DNA of 32,000 nucleotides from Pyrodictium abyssi (GTDB lineage Archaea; Thermoproteota; Thermoprotei_A; Sulfolobales; Pyrodictiaceae): positions 360,001-392,000 of the forward strand of contig NZ_AP028907.1 of NCBI RefSeq assembly GCF_036323395.1, given 5' to 3'. The notes beneath the pieces were generated by a model. The model was not told where the DNA came from, did no database searches, and worked only from the letters and a program-made list of their open reading frames with translations. The position numbers and the translations under genes are program-made. Numbering within the stretch: the stretch's first letter is position 1; every line of letters begins with the position of its first letter. This document shows positions 1-8,454 of the stretch, piece by piece.

Positions 1-495
1 CGCCTCGTGAAGCCCGGCGAGACCGTGATAAACATGTATGCTGGCGCGGGGCTCTTCTCGATAATAATAGCTAGGCACTCCAAGCCTGCAAAGGTGTACA
101 GTATAGACATAAACCCCGAGGCCTACAAGATGATGGTAGAGAACGTGAGGCTCAACAAGCTAGAAGGAATAGTGGTCCCAATACTCGGCGACGCGGCTGA
201 GGTGGTGGAGAAGCAGCTACAGTCGACAGCCGACAGGATACTGATGCCGCTGCCCGAGTTAGCACTAGAGCACCTCCCGCACGCGCTAAAGGGGCTCCGC
301 GGTAGAGGCTGGCTCCACGTGTACCTGCACGTCTTCGCCGAGAAGGGCGTCGACCCCAGGAGGAAGGCAGTAGAGATGCTCGCCGAGAGGCTAGACGAGC
401 TAGGGGCAAGGTACCGTGTAGAACTCAGCCGCGTCGTACGGACAGTCGGGCCTAGGCGCAGCCAAGTAGTAGTAGACGTCCATGTAGAGTCCTAG
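1..495 (+). CDS. Trm5/Tyw2-like class I SAM-dependent methyltransferase, C-terminal part (5' end outside window)
   Basis: Frame open from base 1. Contains VINMYAGAGLFSIIIAR (motif I), VYSIDINPEA and a DRILMPLPELALEHLPHAL region typical of Trm5/Tyw2 enzymes. Confidence 0.75.
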   Translation, partial: RLVKPGETVINMYAGAGLFSIIIARHSKPAKVYSIDINPEAYKMMVENVRLNKLEGIVVPILGDAAEVVEKQLQSTADRILMPLPELALEHLPHALKGLRGRGWLHVYLHVFAEKGVDPRRKAVEMLAERLDELGARYRVELSRVVRTVGPRRSQVVVDVHVES

Positions 496-944
496 CGTAG
501 AGGTAGCTCAGAGACCTTCTTGGCCGCGAACTCTAGCACCGCGTAGACCTCGTCTTCGGTGTCCCTGGTGACGCCGGTCACTATGACCGAGGCTACTTTC
601 CCCTCGTCGTCCCTCTCAACAGTGTACTCGAGACCCTCGTAGTCGGCTGCCAGCCTCTCGAGGGCAGTAAGCATGTACCTCACGTAGGGGTGCTGCTCGG
701 GGACGGGACGGGTAAAGCTTAGCCTAATAGTGTCCCTCGTGGCGACCAGCCTCGCAGCTACGCGTCCATCCCTAGACCGGAACTCTTTGCCGCGGCGTGC
801 ACCCCGGCCAGCAGGTATGGCTCCCGTGGCGCACTCCTCGAGCAGCGCTAGAAGCTGCTGGTAGAGCTGTAGCCGGGCCTCGAGCTCAGCTATCTCGCGC
901 TCTAGGAGCTCGCGTAGCTCCTCGAGTCGAGGCTTCTCGGACAT
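492..944 (-). CDS. Conserved archaeal-type hypothetical protein with N-terminal coiled coil
   Basis: 150-aa ORF with heptad-rich N-terminus (LRELLEREIAELEARLQLYQQLLALLEE) and compact alpha/beta C-terminus. Convergent with the upstream methyltransferase, 4-bp overlap. Confidence 0.6.
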   Translation of the reverse strand: MSEKPRLEELRELLEREIAELEARLQLYQQLLALLEECATGAIPAGRGARRGKEFRSRDGRVAARLVATRDTIRLSFTRPVPEQHPYVRYMLTALERLAADYEGLEYTVERDDEGKVASVIVTGVTRDTEDEVYAVLEFAAKKVSELPLR

Positions 945-1148
945 AGTATGCTCCCCCAGGGAGGAGGCGCCAGGTAGACGCTGAGACGCGTGGTGTAGCC
1001 GCGTGTACCGCCCCCATGCAGGCAGGCGCCCCTCTCCATAGCCTTGTGCTAGTAGGCGCTATTTAGGGGTAGAGGCGCCTAGGAAGGGCATAAAGTGTGT
1101 AGCAGCTAGCCACTATACAAGCCACGGGTAGACGAAGGGGAGGAGTAA

Positions 1149-2912
1149 ATGACCAGGAGGGCTGGTTCTACCAGAGCCTTCTCAGCTGTTGCTCTCTTGT
1201 TGTTCATACTGCTTGGCGTCTACTCTCAGCCGGCGCTCTCCGAGTATAGCGCTAGGATAAAGCTGGGCCTTCTTGCCGTGGACGGCGCCACGGGCAACGG
1301 TATTGTCGTTGACGCGTGGCTCTCTATAACCTCGCCTGGCAGCGGCCGTGTGGTCGTCGAGCCTAGGGACCTCGTAGAGGAGAGTACGGCTCTCTCGACA
1401 CGCGTAGCATTCTACCTAGCTAGCATAGTGGACGGGATAAACCCGGGGCTCTTCGATGTCCGTGTAGAGTTTGAGACCGATACCCCCGTTGGCGGGCCCA
1501 GCGCCAGCGGCTTCATGGCGGCAGCCTCTCTGCTCGCCCTCCGCGGGCTGCTCCCCGACACCGACACCACGATGACCGGGATGGTCTCGTTAACTGGGTT
1601 CATACTACCGGTGGCGGGTGTCAGCGACAAGGTGGCGGCGGCCAAATCTGCTGGCTACAAGAGGGTGCTGGTGCCGCTAAGCGAGGCAGGCAACATCTCT
1701 AACGGGATAGACGTGGAAGGCGTGTGTACCTTCGAGGAGGCAGCGTCGCGCCTCTCTAGCGGCTACGTGTCGGCTCTGACCCATGAGAAGCCCCCAATAC
1801 AGCCCCCCGAGCCCATCCGGGAGAAAGAGGTAGAGTTTAGCCACCACGCTCAGCTCTTCATGGAGAAGGCCACGGCCCTCCTCGACGAGATACCCAGGGA
1901 TGATACCCGCCGTGCAATCATGGCACTACTCGATAAGGCCCGTGAGGCTCTAGACAAAAGCCCCTACAGCGCTGCCAGCATAGCGTTCATGGCGCTGTAC
2001 ATGGCTGCATCGAGCATTGCGGGTCAGCATGGGTTCGACTACCTCGAAGAGAAGATAGGGCTAAGCCTTGACACGGTGCTGGCTAATGCCAGCAGTACAG
2101 TGGAGGCACGCCTACAGGAGTTCAGCGGGAGGAGTGTATGCGGGCTCTGGGGCTACGAGGCGCTCGCAGCAGCCTCTATACGGCTCTACCTCGCAGAGCA
2201 TGCTGCAGACTCTACAAAGCCTGACGTAAGGACCCTTGCACTGCTACGCGCGCTCTCCGCGGAGTCGTGGGCCCGCCTAGCAGACCCCGACTTCGGCCCC
2301 AAGGTTCCATGTAGCCTGCTGGGCAGTGTAGCCGAATTCTTCGTAGACTATATGCAGCTATCATACAACTATATAAGGAGTATAGTGGGTCACGTCGTAT
2401 TCCACATACCAATGCCGGATGACAGAGACGTCTCGGCATGGATTAGTGATGCCCGGAAAAGCCTTGAAGAAGGCAACTACCCCCTAGCGCTAGGGCTAGC
2501 CCTCTACGTCGTCTCATCCCTCGAGGAGTCGCTAGCCCACGGCTCCGGCCTCCCGTCAACGTGTATAGAGAGGCATATGGCATTCCTCGAGAAGCTAAGC
2601 TGGATGAGAGGCCCCAGTCTCCCCGCGTCGCTGCTTATCGAGTACGCACTAGGCTACGGCAGCTACGTGGAGAACGTGCTCGGAGACCCATTCATACAGG
2701 AAAGCCTAGAAGTAGATACAGCTGTATGGCTGCTACATTCCCTGGCCATTAGGGCGCTGACCGCCGAAGCCGCTCAGGCTTCGACAGCGCGCGCGCCTCT
2801 ACAGTGGAGCGACTACTACCTGGCAGGGATAGCAGCTGAGGCAGCACTAATAGCACTCATAGGTTACAGCCTAGCTCTTGTCTCGCGACGGGCCAGGGCC
2901 GAAGAAGTCTAG
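1149..2912 (+). CDS. Predicted secreted/membrane-anchored archaeal serine protease with Lon (S16)-like Ser/Lys dyad
   Basis: N-terminal signal/TM. GGPSASGFMAAASLL (nucleophile motif) and LPVAGVSDKVAAAKSAGYKRVLVP (Lon-like Lys motif). C-terminal TM (YYLAGIAAEAALIALIGYSLALV). Start preceded by ggggagga. Confidence 0.75.
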   Translation: MTRRAGSTRAFSAVALLLFILLGVYSQPALSEYSARIKLGLLAVDGATGNGIVVDAWLSITSPGSGRVVVEPRDLVEESTALSTRVAFYLASIVDGINPGLFDVRVEFETDTPVGGPSASGFMAAASLLALRGLLPDTDTTMTGMVSLTGFILPVAGVSDKVAAAKSAGYKRVLVPLSEAGNISNGIDVEGVCTFEEAASRLSSGYVSALTHEKPPIQPPEPIREKEVEFSHHAQLFMEKATALLDEIPRDDTRRAIMALLDKAREALDKSPYSAASIAFMALYMAASSIAGQHGFDYLEEKIGLSLDTVLANASSTVEARLQEFSGRSVCGLWGYEALAAASIRLYLAEHAADSTKPDVRTLALLRALSAESWARLADPDFGPKVPCSLLGSVAEFFVDYMQLSYNYIRSIVGHVVFHIPMPDDRDVSAWISDARKSLEEGNYPLALGLALYVVSSLEESLAHGSGLPSTCIERHMAFLEKLSWMRGPSLPASLLIEYALGYGSYVENVLGDPFIQESLEVDTAVWLLHSLAIRALTAEAAQASTARAPLQWSDYYLAGIAAEAALIALIGYSLALVSRRARAEEV

Positions 2913-3575
2913 CAGGGTAGACTGCCTCGCAGAGCCCCTCGACGAGCTAGCGCCTATCCTTTCCTCCCCTTGTTCGGTCTTTATCTCGGCCACAACCCTG
3001 GCTATGGGGCCCCGGAAGTCCTCCTCGAGCTTCTCGCGCAGAGGAGGCTTATACAGTGCGGCAGCGGGATGGTACGTGACAGCTATCATGAGCTCAACGC
3101 CTGCTATAGAGCCCCGATACACCTTGCCGTGCTGAGCGCCCATACTCTGCCAGCGGTGTCCTGCCAGCTCTAGAAGCCTCCTGGCAGCATGCCTGCCCAC
3201 CGCTATTATGAGGCGCGGTCTTATCAGCTGGATCTGGCGCAGCAGGTAGGGGAGGCACGCTTCGACCTCGTCCTCCTGGGGGTCACGGTTCCCCGGCGGG
3301 CGGCACTTGACTATATTGGTTATGTAGACCTCTTCCCTCCGTAGGCCTGCCAGCTCTAGGAGCCTGGTTAGAAGCTGGCCGGCTGCACCAACGAAGGGCC
3401 TCCCCTGCAGGTCCTCGTTCCGGCCCGGCGCCTCGCCCACGACCATGACGCGCGCGGTTACCGGGCCCTCGCCGGGTACAGGGTTGCGCCTAGTCTTATA
3501 GAGCCTGCATTTTGTGCAGCTCTGTATCTCCTCCACGAGCCTCTGATACTCCTCCCCGATGCCCGTCCCGGCCAT
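2871..3575 (-). CDS. Family 4 (Fe-S) uracil-DNA glycosylase
   Basis: VVGEAPGRNEDLQGRPFVGAAGQLL and ITNIVKCRPPGNRDPQEDEVEAC. Four Cys in Fe-S-cluster arrangement (CTKC...C...C). C-terminal PIP box QSTLLDFF. Start taken at internal Met (MAGTGIGEEY). Confidence 0.9.
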   Translation of the reverse strand: MAGTGIGEEYQRLVEEIQSCTKCRLYKTRRNPVPGEGPVTARVMVVGEAPGRNEDLQGRPFVGAAGQLLTRLLELAGLRREEVYITNIVKCRPPGNRDPQEDEVEACLPYLLRQIQLIRPRLIIAVGRHAARRLLELAGHRWQSMGAQHGKVYRGSIAGVELMIAVTYHPAAALYKPPLREKLEEDFRGPIARVVAEIKTEQGEERIGASSSRGSARQSTLLDFFGPGPSRDKS

Positions 3576-3730
3576 AGCCCACCATTCCCTGTACACTGTG
3601 CCGCTGTGCAGTCTAGCCTCTCGGCAAACCCTTAGAGGATTCTGCCCCACCAGTATCGTAGACCTGGGGGCTTGAACCGGCTATGCGTGGAGAAACAGGC
3701 CCAGCGCACGCACCCACGGTCCAGGGTAAG

Positions 3731-4534
3731 ATGTACCACGTAATGCTCGGGCCGGGAGACATACCGCCCTACGTGCTCCTGCCCGGCGATCCTGGCCGCA
3801 TAGACCAGATAACGGAGACGTGGGACGAGGCGCGCGAGGTAGCCTACCATCGTGAGTATCGCAGCGCCCGTGGGGTATACCGTGGCGCAGAGATAGCGGC
3901 GGTTAGCACTGGGATAGGGGGCCCATCGACAGCCATAGCGATAGAAGAGCTAGCCCGGATAGGCGTCCACACCATGATAAGAGTGGGTACAACCGGCGCT
4001 ATACAGCCCAGCATAAAGGTGGGGAGCCTCATCATAGCGACGGCAGCGGTACGCTACGACGGCGCAAGCCACGAGTACGCCCCGCCCGAGTACCCCGCGG
4101 CGGCTAGCCCCGAGGTCGTGCTAGCCCTAGTAGAGGCGGCGAGAAGGCTAGGCGTAGACTACCACGTCGGCGTAGTGGCTTCCACGGCTACGTTCCACCT
4201 AGGCCAGAGCCGGCCCGGCTACCGCGGCTACGAGTGGAGCGAGAGCCGCAGGCGAATAGAAGACCTAAGGCGCATGGGTGTGCTAAGCTTCGAGATGGAG
4301 GCAGCCACGCTCTTCACGCTCGCAGGCCTCTACGGGCTCAGAGCAGGCTGCGTCTGTGCAGTCATAGCCAACCGGGCTACAGACGAGTTCACACCGGGCG
4401 CTGGCGTCCGGGAAGCCATAATGGTGGCCAACGAGGCCATACGAATACTCCAAGAAGCCGACCGCACGGGATCCGCCAGGACACACTCCATAAGCGACCT
4501 AGCCAGCGCCATACATAGGTTGTACAGTGGCTAG
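3731..4534 (+). CDS. Uridine/purine nucleoside phosphorylase family (PNP/UDP superfamily)
   Basis: VLLPGDPGRI, VSTGIGGPSTAIAIEEL, RVGTTGAI, VLSFEMEAATLFTLA. The ORF opens at 3683; the Met at 3731 (MYHVMLGPGDIPPYVLLPGDP) is the likelier start. Confidence 0.85.
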   Translation: MYHVMLGPGDIPPYVLLPGDPGRIDQITETWDEAREVAYHREYRSARGVYRGAEIAAVSTGIGGPSTAIAIEELARIGVHTMIRVGTTGAIQPSIKVGSLIIATAAVRYDGASHEYAPPEYPAAASPEVVLALVEAARRLGVDYHVGVVASTATFHLGQSRPGYRGYEWSESRRRIEDLRRMGVLSFEMEAATLFTLAGLYGLRAGCVCAVIANRATDEFTPGAGVREAIMVANEAIRILQEADRTGSARTHSISDLASAIHRLYSG

Positions 4535-4701
4535 CCTTAGCTCCTACACGGCAACAGAATAGCGCAAGAACGGTGCACCATAGACAGAAAGAAGGAACCT
4601 TTTATAGCTATAGAAGCATAGGGGCCTTGAATCGTAATGGCTCGGGATCCCATTGTATTTTGCCGATCCCTCCCGCTAGCGGCTCATAGCACGCGTCCCG
4701 G

Positions 4702-5914
4702 CTAGACCTTGTCGAGGGGCTTAAGCCTTAGAACAAAAACCTGCATTAATAGCGTTATGACTATTAGTATCAGTGCTAACGTCTCTCAGCTAATGTGGCT
4801 CATAAGCTGGCCTAGCGCTAGTGGTGAGAGCGCGGTCACTAGCAGAAGCGCTGTTCTAAAAGCAGCTAGGCCCCTGCCTAGATACTCCCTCTTCAATATA
4901 TTCATAGCGTATGCTGTAAAGGATGTGAAGATTATCACGTTCCCTAGACTATAGAGAACTACCGCCACTACGTAGTAATGGGTAGACACGACGTAGAACA
5001 AGAGCACGACTGTGGCAATCCTTACAATAGGATAGACCCTTATAAGAGTCATCATGATAAAGCGGTTAAGCAAACCCACAAGCGGGTATGCAGCAGCCTG
5101 CGATACTAGAAGGACAGAGCCGAGCCAAGCAAGCTCACTGCTACTGAGGCCTAGCGACTTCATCATATACACTAGGTACGCTGAAAGGAACGCACCAGCC
5201 ATATCCAGCAAATAGGAGGCGAAGAGCGCCAAAGCCGAGCCGGTGTAAGGTTCTAGCGCAAAATCCCGTAGCCTTGTAACATCCTTAATGGATTCCACGA
5301 ATACTCGAAGCGGGTTTACTCCACTAGAAGGGCTCCTTTGTGGCTTTACGCTCCTAGCCACATAGAATAGTGGTGCAAGGGCTGCTAGCATGGCAGTTGC
5401 TGCTATAGCATAAGATCTTAGACATTGCTCGACAGTGCGTATGTTTAGCGACGAGTACCTCGGTGCAAGCGCGGCAACGGTAAAAGCTACTGCAAGCACT
5501 AGGCTCAGATACGTGCCTCTATTCCTTGGGGAAACATAGTAGGCTATCAGATAGTTTGTTATAGTACCAAAGCTACCATATATAGTGTAGATACAGTATT
5601 ATAGTTACTACGTATATTACAACCATATCATGGGCTATAGCAGCTCCTGCGGTAAGTAGTATAAGTGACATCAAAACCGTAAGCAGAACAGCGGGCTTGA
5701 GCACGCCACGCAAATCTAGAGTTCTCCCTACAAGAGGAGTCACTAGCGTTGAGAACAAGAATGGCACAGAACCTGTAATAGCAATAACCATGGAGGGTAA
5801 CTTCAAGTCATAGACGAGAGACTGCCTTGTGAACCAGTCAATCTCCATGGCAAATGTCATAAGAGCCACAAGAATCGGTATAGAAGCATAGTATGACAGC
5901 TTCGGCGTATTCAC
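4702..5914 (-). pseudogene. Disrupted MFS transporter: one frameshift plus one in-frame TGA
   Basis: ORF fragments 5573..5914 and 4786..5499 join to a ~400-aa multi-TM protein. After the TGA at 4786-4788 the same frame continues ETLALILIVITLLMQVFVLRLKPLDKV* (a TM helix and tail). The frame change must lie between about 5576 and 5598. Confidence 0.75.
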
Positions 5915-5934
5915 TATAGTGTCACCTTAGTACC

Positions 5935-6178
5935 CTACTCTATAGTCTTCATGCTACGATGGATGTATTGGTCGGCATTCAAGCTTAATACGTCTCTCAT
6001 AAATGTGTAGCGCATTAGTCTGGCTCGTATAGTGCCAATGATATAAGAGGTATGGCTGAGAGCATCCTCCCGCATTTCGGCTATCTAATGGGTCTAGAAT
6101 AATCGCTGGCTCGTGGAGAAGTGCTGCTACAACATGTGTATGTGCTTGTGCATCTTGGTCAGCTATACTAGGCTCCAA
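5935..6178 (-). pseudogene. Possible remnant of a small (~80 aa) unidentified gene, read in two frames
   Basis: TTG at 6176-6178 opens MEPSIADQDAQAHTHVVAALLHEPAIILDPLD. The adjacent frame gives MREDALSHTSYIIGTIRARLMRYTFMRDVLSLNADQYIHRSMKTIE*. Each half looks protein-like but no single frame spans both. Confidence 0.3.
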
Positions 6179-6209
6179 CGCTGTCGAGGAGAATGCGGGG
6201 CGGAAGGCT

Positions 6210-6419
6210 ATGGGGGTTAAAGTCTCGGTGCTAATACTCCCCGAGCACCGTACGGCAACAGTAGAGCTCGAGACCGGCAAGGTCAGGGAGCTAGTACACA
6301 AGCTGGGCTATGCGACGGAAGGCGTTATAGTGGTGAAGGATGGACGGCCACTCCTAGAGGATGAGCAGCTGGAGGACGGCGACAATGTCACACTCTACCG
6401 GGCGGCAAGCGGCGGCTAA
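6210..6419 (+). CDS. ThiS/MoaD/ubiquitin-like small archaeal modifier protein (sulfur carrier candidate)
   Basis: 69-aa beta-grasp-like sequence ending ...ASGG*. Directly upstream of and overlapping an Ncs6/TtuA-type gene. Confidence 0.85.
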   Translation: MGVKVSVLILPEHRTATVELETGKVRELVHKLGYATEGVIVVKDGRPLLEDEQLEDGDNVTLYRAASGG

Positions 6420-7407
6420 ATGCAGTATCTGCGGGGCACCGGCTGTAGCGCGTATCCCCTATGCCCGGCTAACCCTATGCCCCAGGCACTTCATGGAGTT
6501 CATAGAGCGTAAGGTGGAACGGGTCCTCCGCCGGGCCGGGGCTCTCCGTAGAGGAGCACGTCTACTAGCCGCGGTATCCGGCGGCAAAGATAGCGCCGCG
6601 ATGTTGACAGCGCTAGCCAGGATAGCGAAACGTCACGGTGTCGAGGTGGTAGGGCTACACCTTGTTCTGGGCTTCGGCCCCTACTCTAGGAAAAGCCGCG
6701 AAGCAGCAGAAGGGGCATGCAAGGTAGACAGTATTCCATGTATAGTGCTAGACGTAGAAGAAGTTCTCGGTGCACCCGTACACGTCATAGCTAGGCGTGC
6801 ACGGAGACCGGTATGCAGTGTCTGCGGTCTCGTAAAACGCTACGTCATAAACGCGGCTGCAGTAGAGCTTGGCGCCGACTACGTGGCTATGGGCCACAAT
6901 GCTGACGACATTATAGCCTACACTGTTAAGATGTTCCTAAACCAAGACCTTGCAGCTATAGCCAAGCTGGGTCCATCGACCGAGAGCATTGAGGGCCTAG
7001 CAGTGGCGAGGCTCCGCCCGCTCTACGAGGTGACTGAGAAGGAGTCCCTGCTCTACGCAATAGTGTCTTCCACGCCATTCCTCCACGAAGAGTGCCCCTT
7101 CAGACCCGTAGCCCCGATAGAGGAGCGCGTAAAAGAGTTCATGAACAGGGTGGAGGAGGAGCATCCAGGAATGAAGATAAACTACATACGCAAGCTTGCA
7201 TCCAATATAGAGGTGTACAAGAAGATAGCAGAAGCAGAGGAATGGGAGGCTCAGCGCTGCAAGAGCTGTGGCCTCTTAAGCGCCGGCGACGAGTGCAGCT
7301 TCTGTCGCCTAACAAGAAGAACGCTGGGGGAAGCCAAAGGGCTGCACGTACGACGGGTGGTCAGAGAGCTAGCGTCCCGAATAGCAATGGGAGAACAGCA
7401 GGACTAG
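6385..7407 (+). CDS. tRNA 2-thiolation enzyme, Ncs6/TtuA/CTU1 family
   Basis: N-terminal CSICGAP...CPRHF zinc motif, PP-loop AVSGGKDS, RRPVCSVCGLVKRY, GHNADDIIAY, C-terminal CKSCG...CSFC. ORF opens at 6361; Met at 6385 is an alternative start. Both overlap the SAMP gene. Confidence 0.88.
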   Translation: MSHSTGRQAAAKCSICGAPAVARIPYARLTLCPRHFMEFIERKVERVLRRAGALRRGARLLAAVSGGKDSAAMLTALARIAKRHGVEVVGLHLVLGFGPYSRKSREAAEGACKVDSIPCIVLDVEEVLGAPVHVIARRARRPVCSVCGLVKRYVINAAAVELGADYVAMGHNADDIIAYTVKMFLNQDLAAIAKLGPSTESIEGLAVARLRPLYEVTEKESLLYAIVSSTPFLHEECPFRPVAPIEERVKEFMNRVEEEHPGMKINYIRKLASNIEVYKKIAEAEEWEAQRCKSCGLLSAGDECSFCRLTRRTLGEAKGLHVRRVVRELASRIAMGEQQD

Positions 7408-7465
7408 CCATCCTAGTACGGAGAACACGCTCTCATGAGCTAAGATGTCCTCCTGAATAGGAGGT

Positions 7466-8398
7466 GTCCGAGCCTTAGACTATGCTGTAGCCAGAGTTGC
7501 TGTTGCAGTAACGCTCTTCGCACTAGGGTTCTACACGGGCCGCTCCAAGGAGGCTAAGAGGCTATCAAAAGCGATCTCGAGGCTCCTGCTATGGTTCTCA
7601 ATACCTGCCATAATATTCTACAAGGTCTACACTGTTGATCCGGCTACGGCGGCGAAGTACAGCATGCTAGTCGTCATTAGCGCTGTGGGATCCATAATAA
7701 CAGCGGCTGTGGGTATCCCGCGTCTTCTAAGAGGATTGCCAGTCTCTAGCATAGGTGCTGCTGTACTCGCAGCAGGTATACACAACTCCGCTTTCCTACC
7801 AGTACCGCTTATGCTCATACTGTACGGCGACGCTGGCCCGGCAGCGCTATACTCAGCCATAATCAACATGGTAATAGTCTTAGTTGTGCCTGTAATCGTT
7901 GGAGTCTATAGCGAGACTGCTGGCAAAGGAAACATAGCTAGGCGGGTGACAAGCAGTATAGCGCGGTTCCCACCCTTCTACGCGCTAGTAGCGGGTGCAA
8001 TGCTTAGAACACTACTAGCCGACAACAACACGCTCGTATCAGTCCTAGGGCATGTTGGACGTGTGGCTGCAGAGTCGACGCTGACTAGCTTCTACCTGGT
8101 CGGCGCTGTCCTGGCTACCGCAGGACTAGCGGTGGATAGGCCAACGCTAGTTATAGCGGTGTGGAGGCTTCTAGTCGAGCCACTCCTAGCTATCGCGGCG
8201 TCTATAGTACTGGGGCTAGAGGGTATATGGCTGGCGGGCGCCCTCATAGAGGCTTGTATGCCGCCAGCCACTATGAACATAGTATTTGCGATTACCTACG
8301 GGCTAGACGAGAAGCTTGTGGCGAGAGCTATAGGCTTTACAATGCCCCTATCAATAGTGGTGAGCCTACTCATACGCTTATTCGTGGTAGCCCCATAG
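7466..8398 (+). CDS. AEC-family (auxin efflux carrier-like) permease; 5' end unresolved
   Basis: Multi-TM protein with AGIHNSAFLPVPLMLILYG and ACMPPATMNIVFAITYG. First ATG in the open frame is 7664, but the upstream frame back to 7457 encodes a plausible first TM (YAVARVAVAVTLFALGFYTG). Confidence 0.75.
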   Translation, partial: VRALDYAVARVAVAVTLFALGFYTGRSKEAKRLSKAISRLLLWFSIPAIIFYKVYTVDPATAAKYSMLVVISAVGSIITAAVGIPRLLRGLPVSSIGAAVLAAGIHNSAFLPVPLMLILYGDAGPAALYSAIINMVIVLVVPVIVGVYSETAGKGNIARRVTSSIARFPPFYALVAGAMLRTLLADNNTLVSVLGHVGRVAAESTLTSFYLVGAVLATAGLAVDRPTLVIAVWRLLVEPLLAIAASIVLGLEGIWLAGALIEACMPPATMNIVFAITYGLDEKLVARAIGFTMPLSIVVSLLIRLFVVAP

Positions 8399-8454
8399 GC
8401 TCTAAGGGGTAACGCGTCTACCCGGAATAGTCTAGAGTAGGAGCTGTTGCAGCC

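Noticed and set aside
1053-1081. TAGGCGC-N15-GCGCCTA inverted repeat upstream of the protease gene
   Set aside because: A 7-bp dyad with a 15-nt spacer in GC-rich DNA is plausible by chance; no second copy seen.
4786-4788. In-frame TGA in the MFS gene as selenocysteine or programmed readthrough
   Set aside because: A separate frameshift is present in the same gene and this lineage is not expected to use selenocysteine, so decay is simpler.
4709-4954. 81-aa plus-strand ORF
   Set aside because: It lies antisense to the reconstructed C-terminal half of the MFS transporter, whose TM pattern explains the region better.
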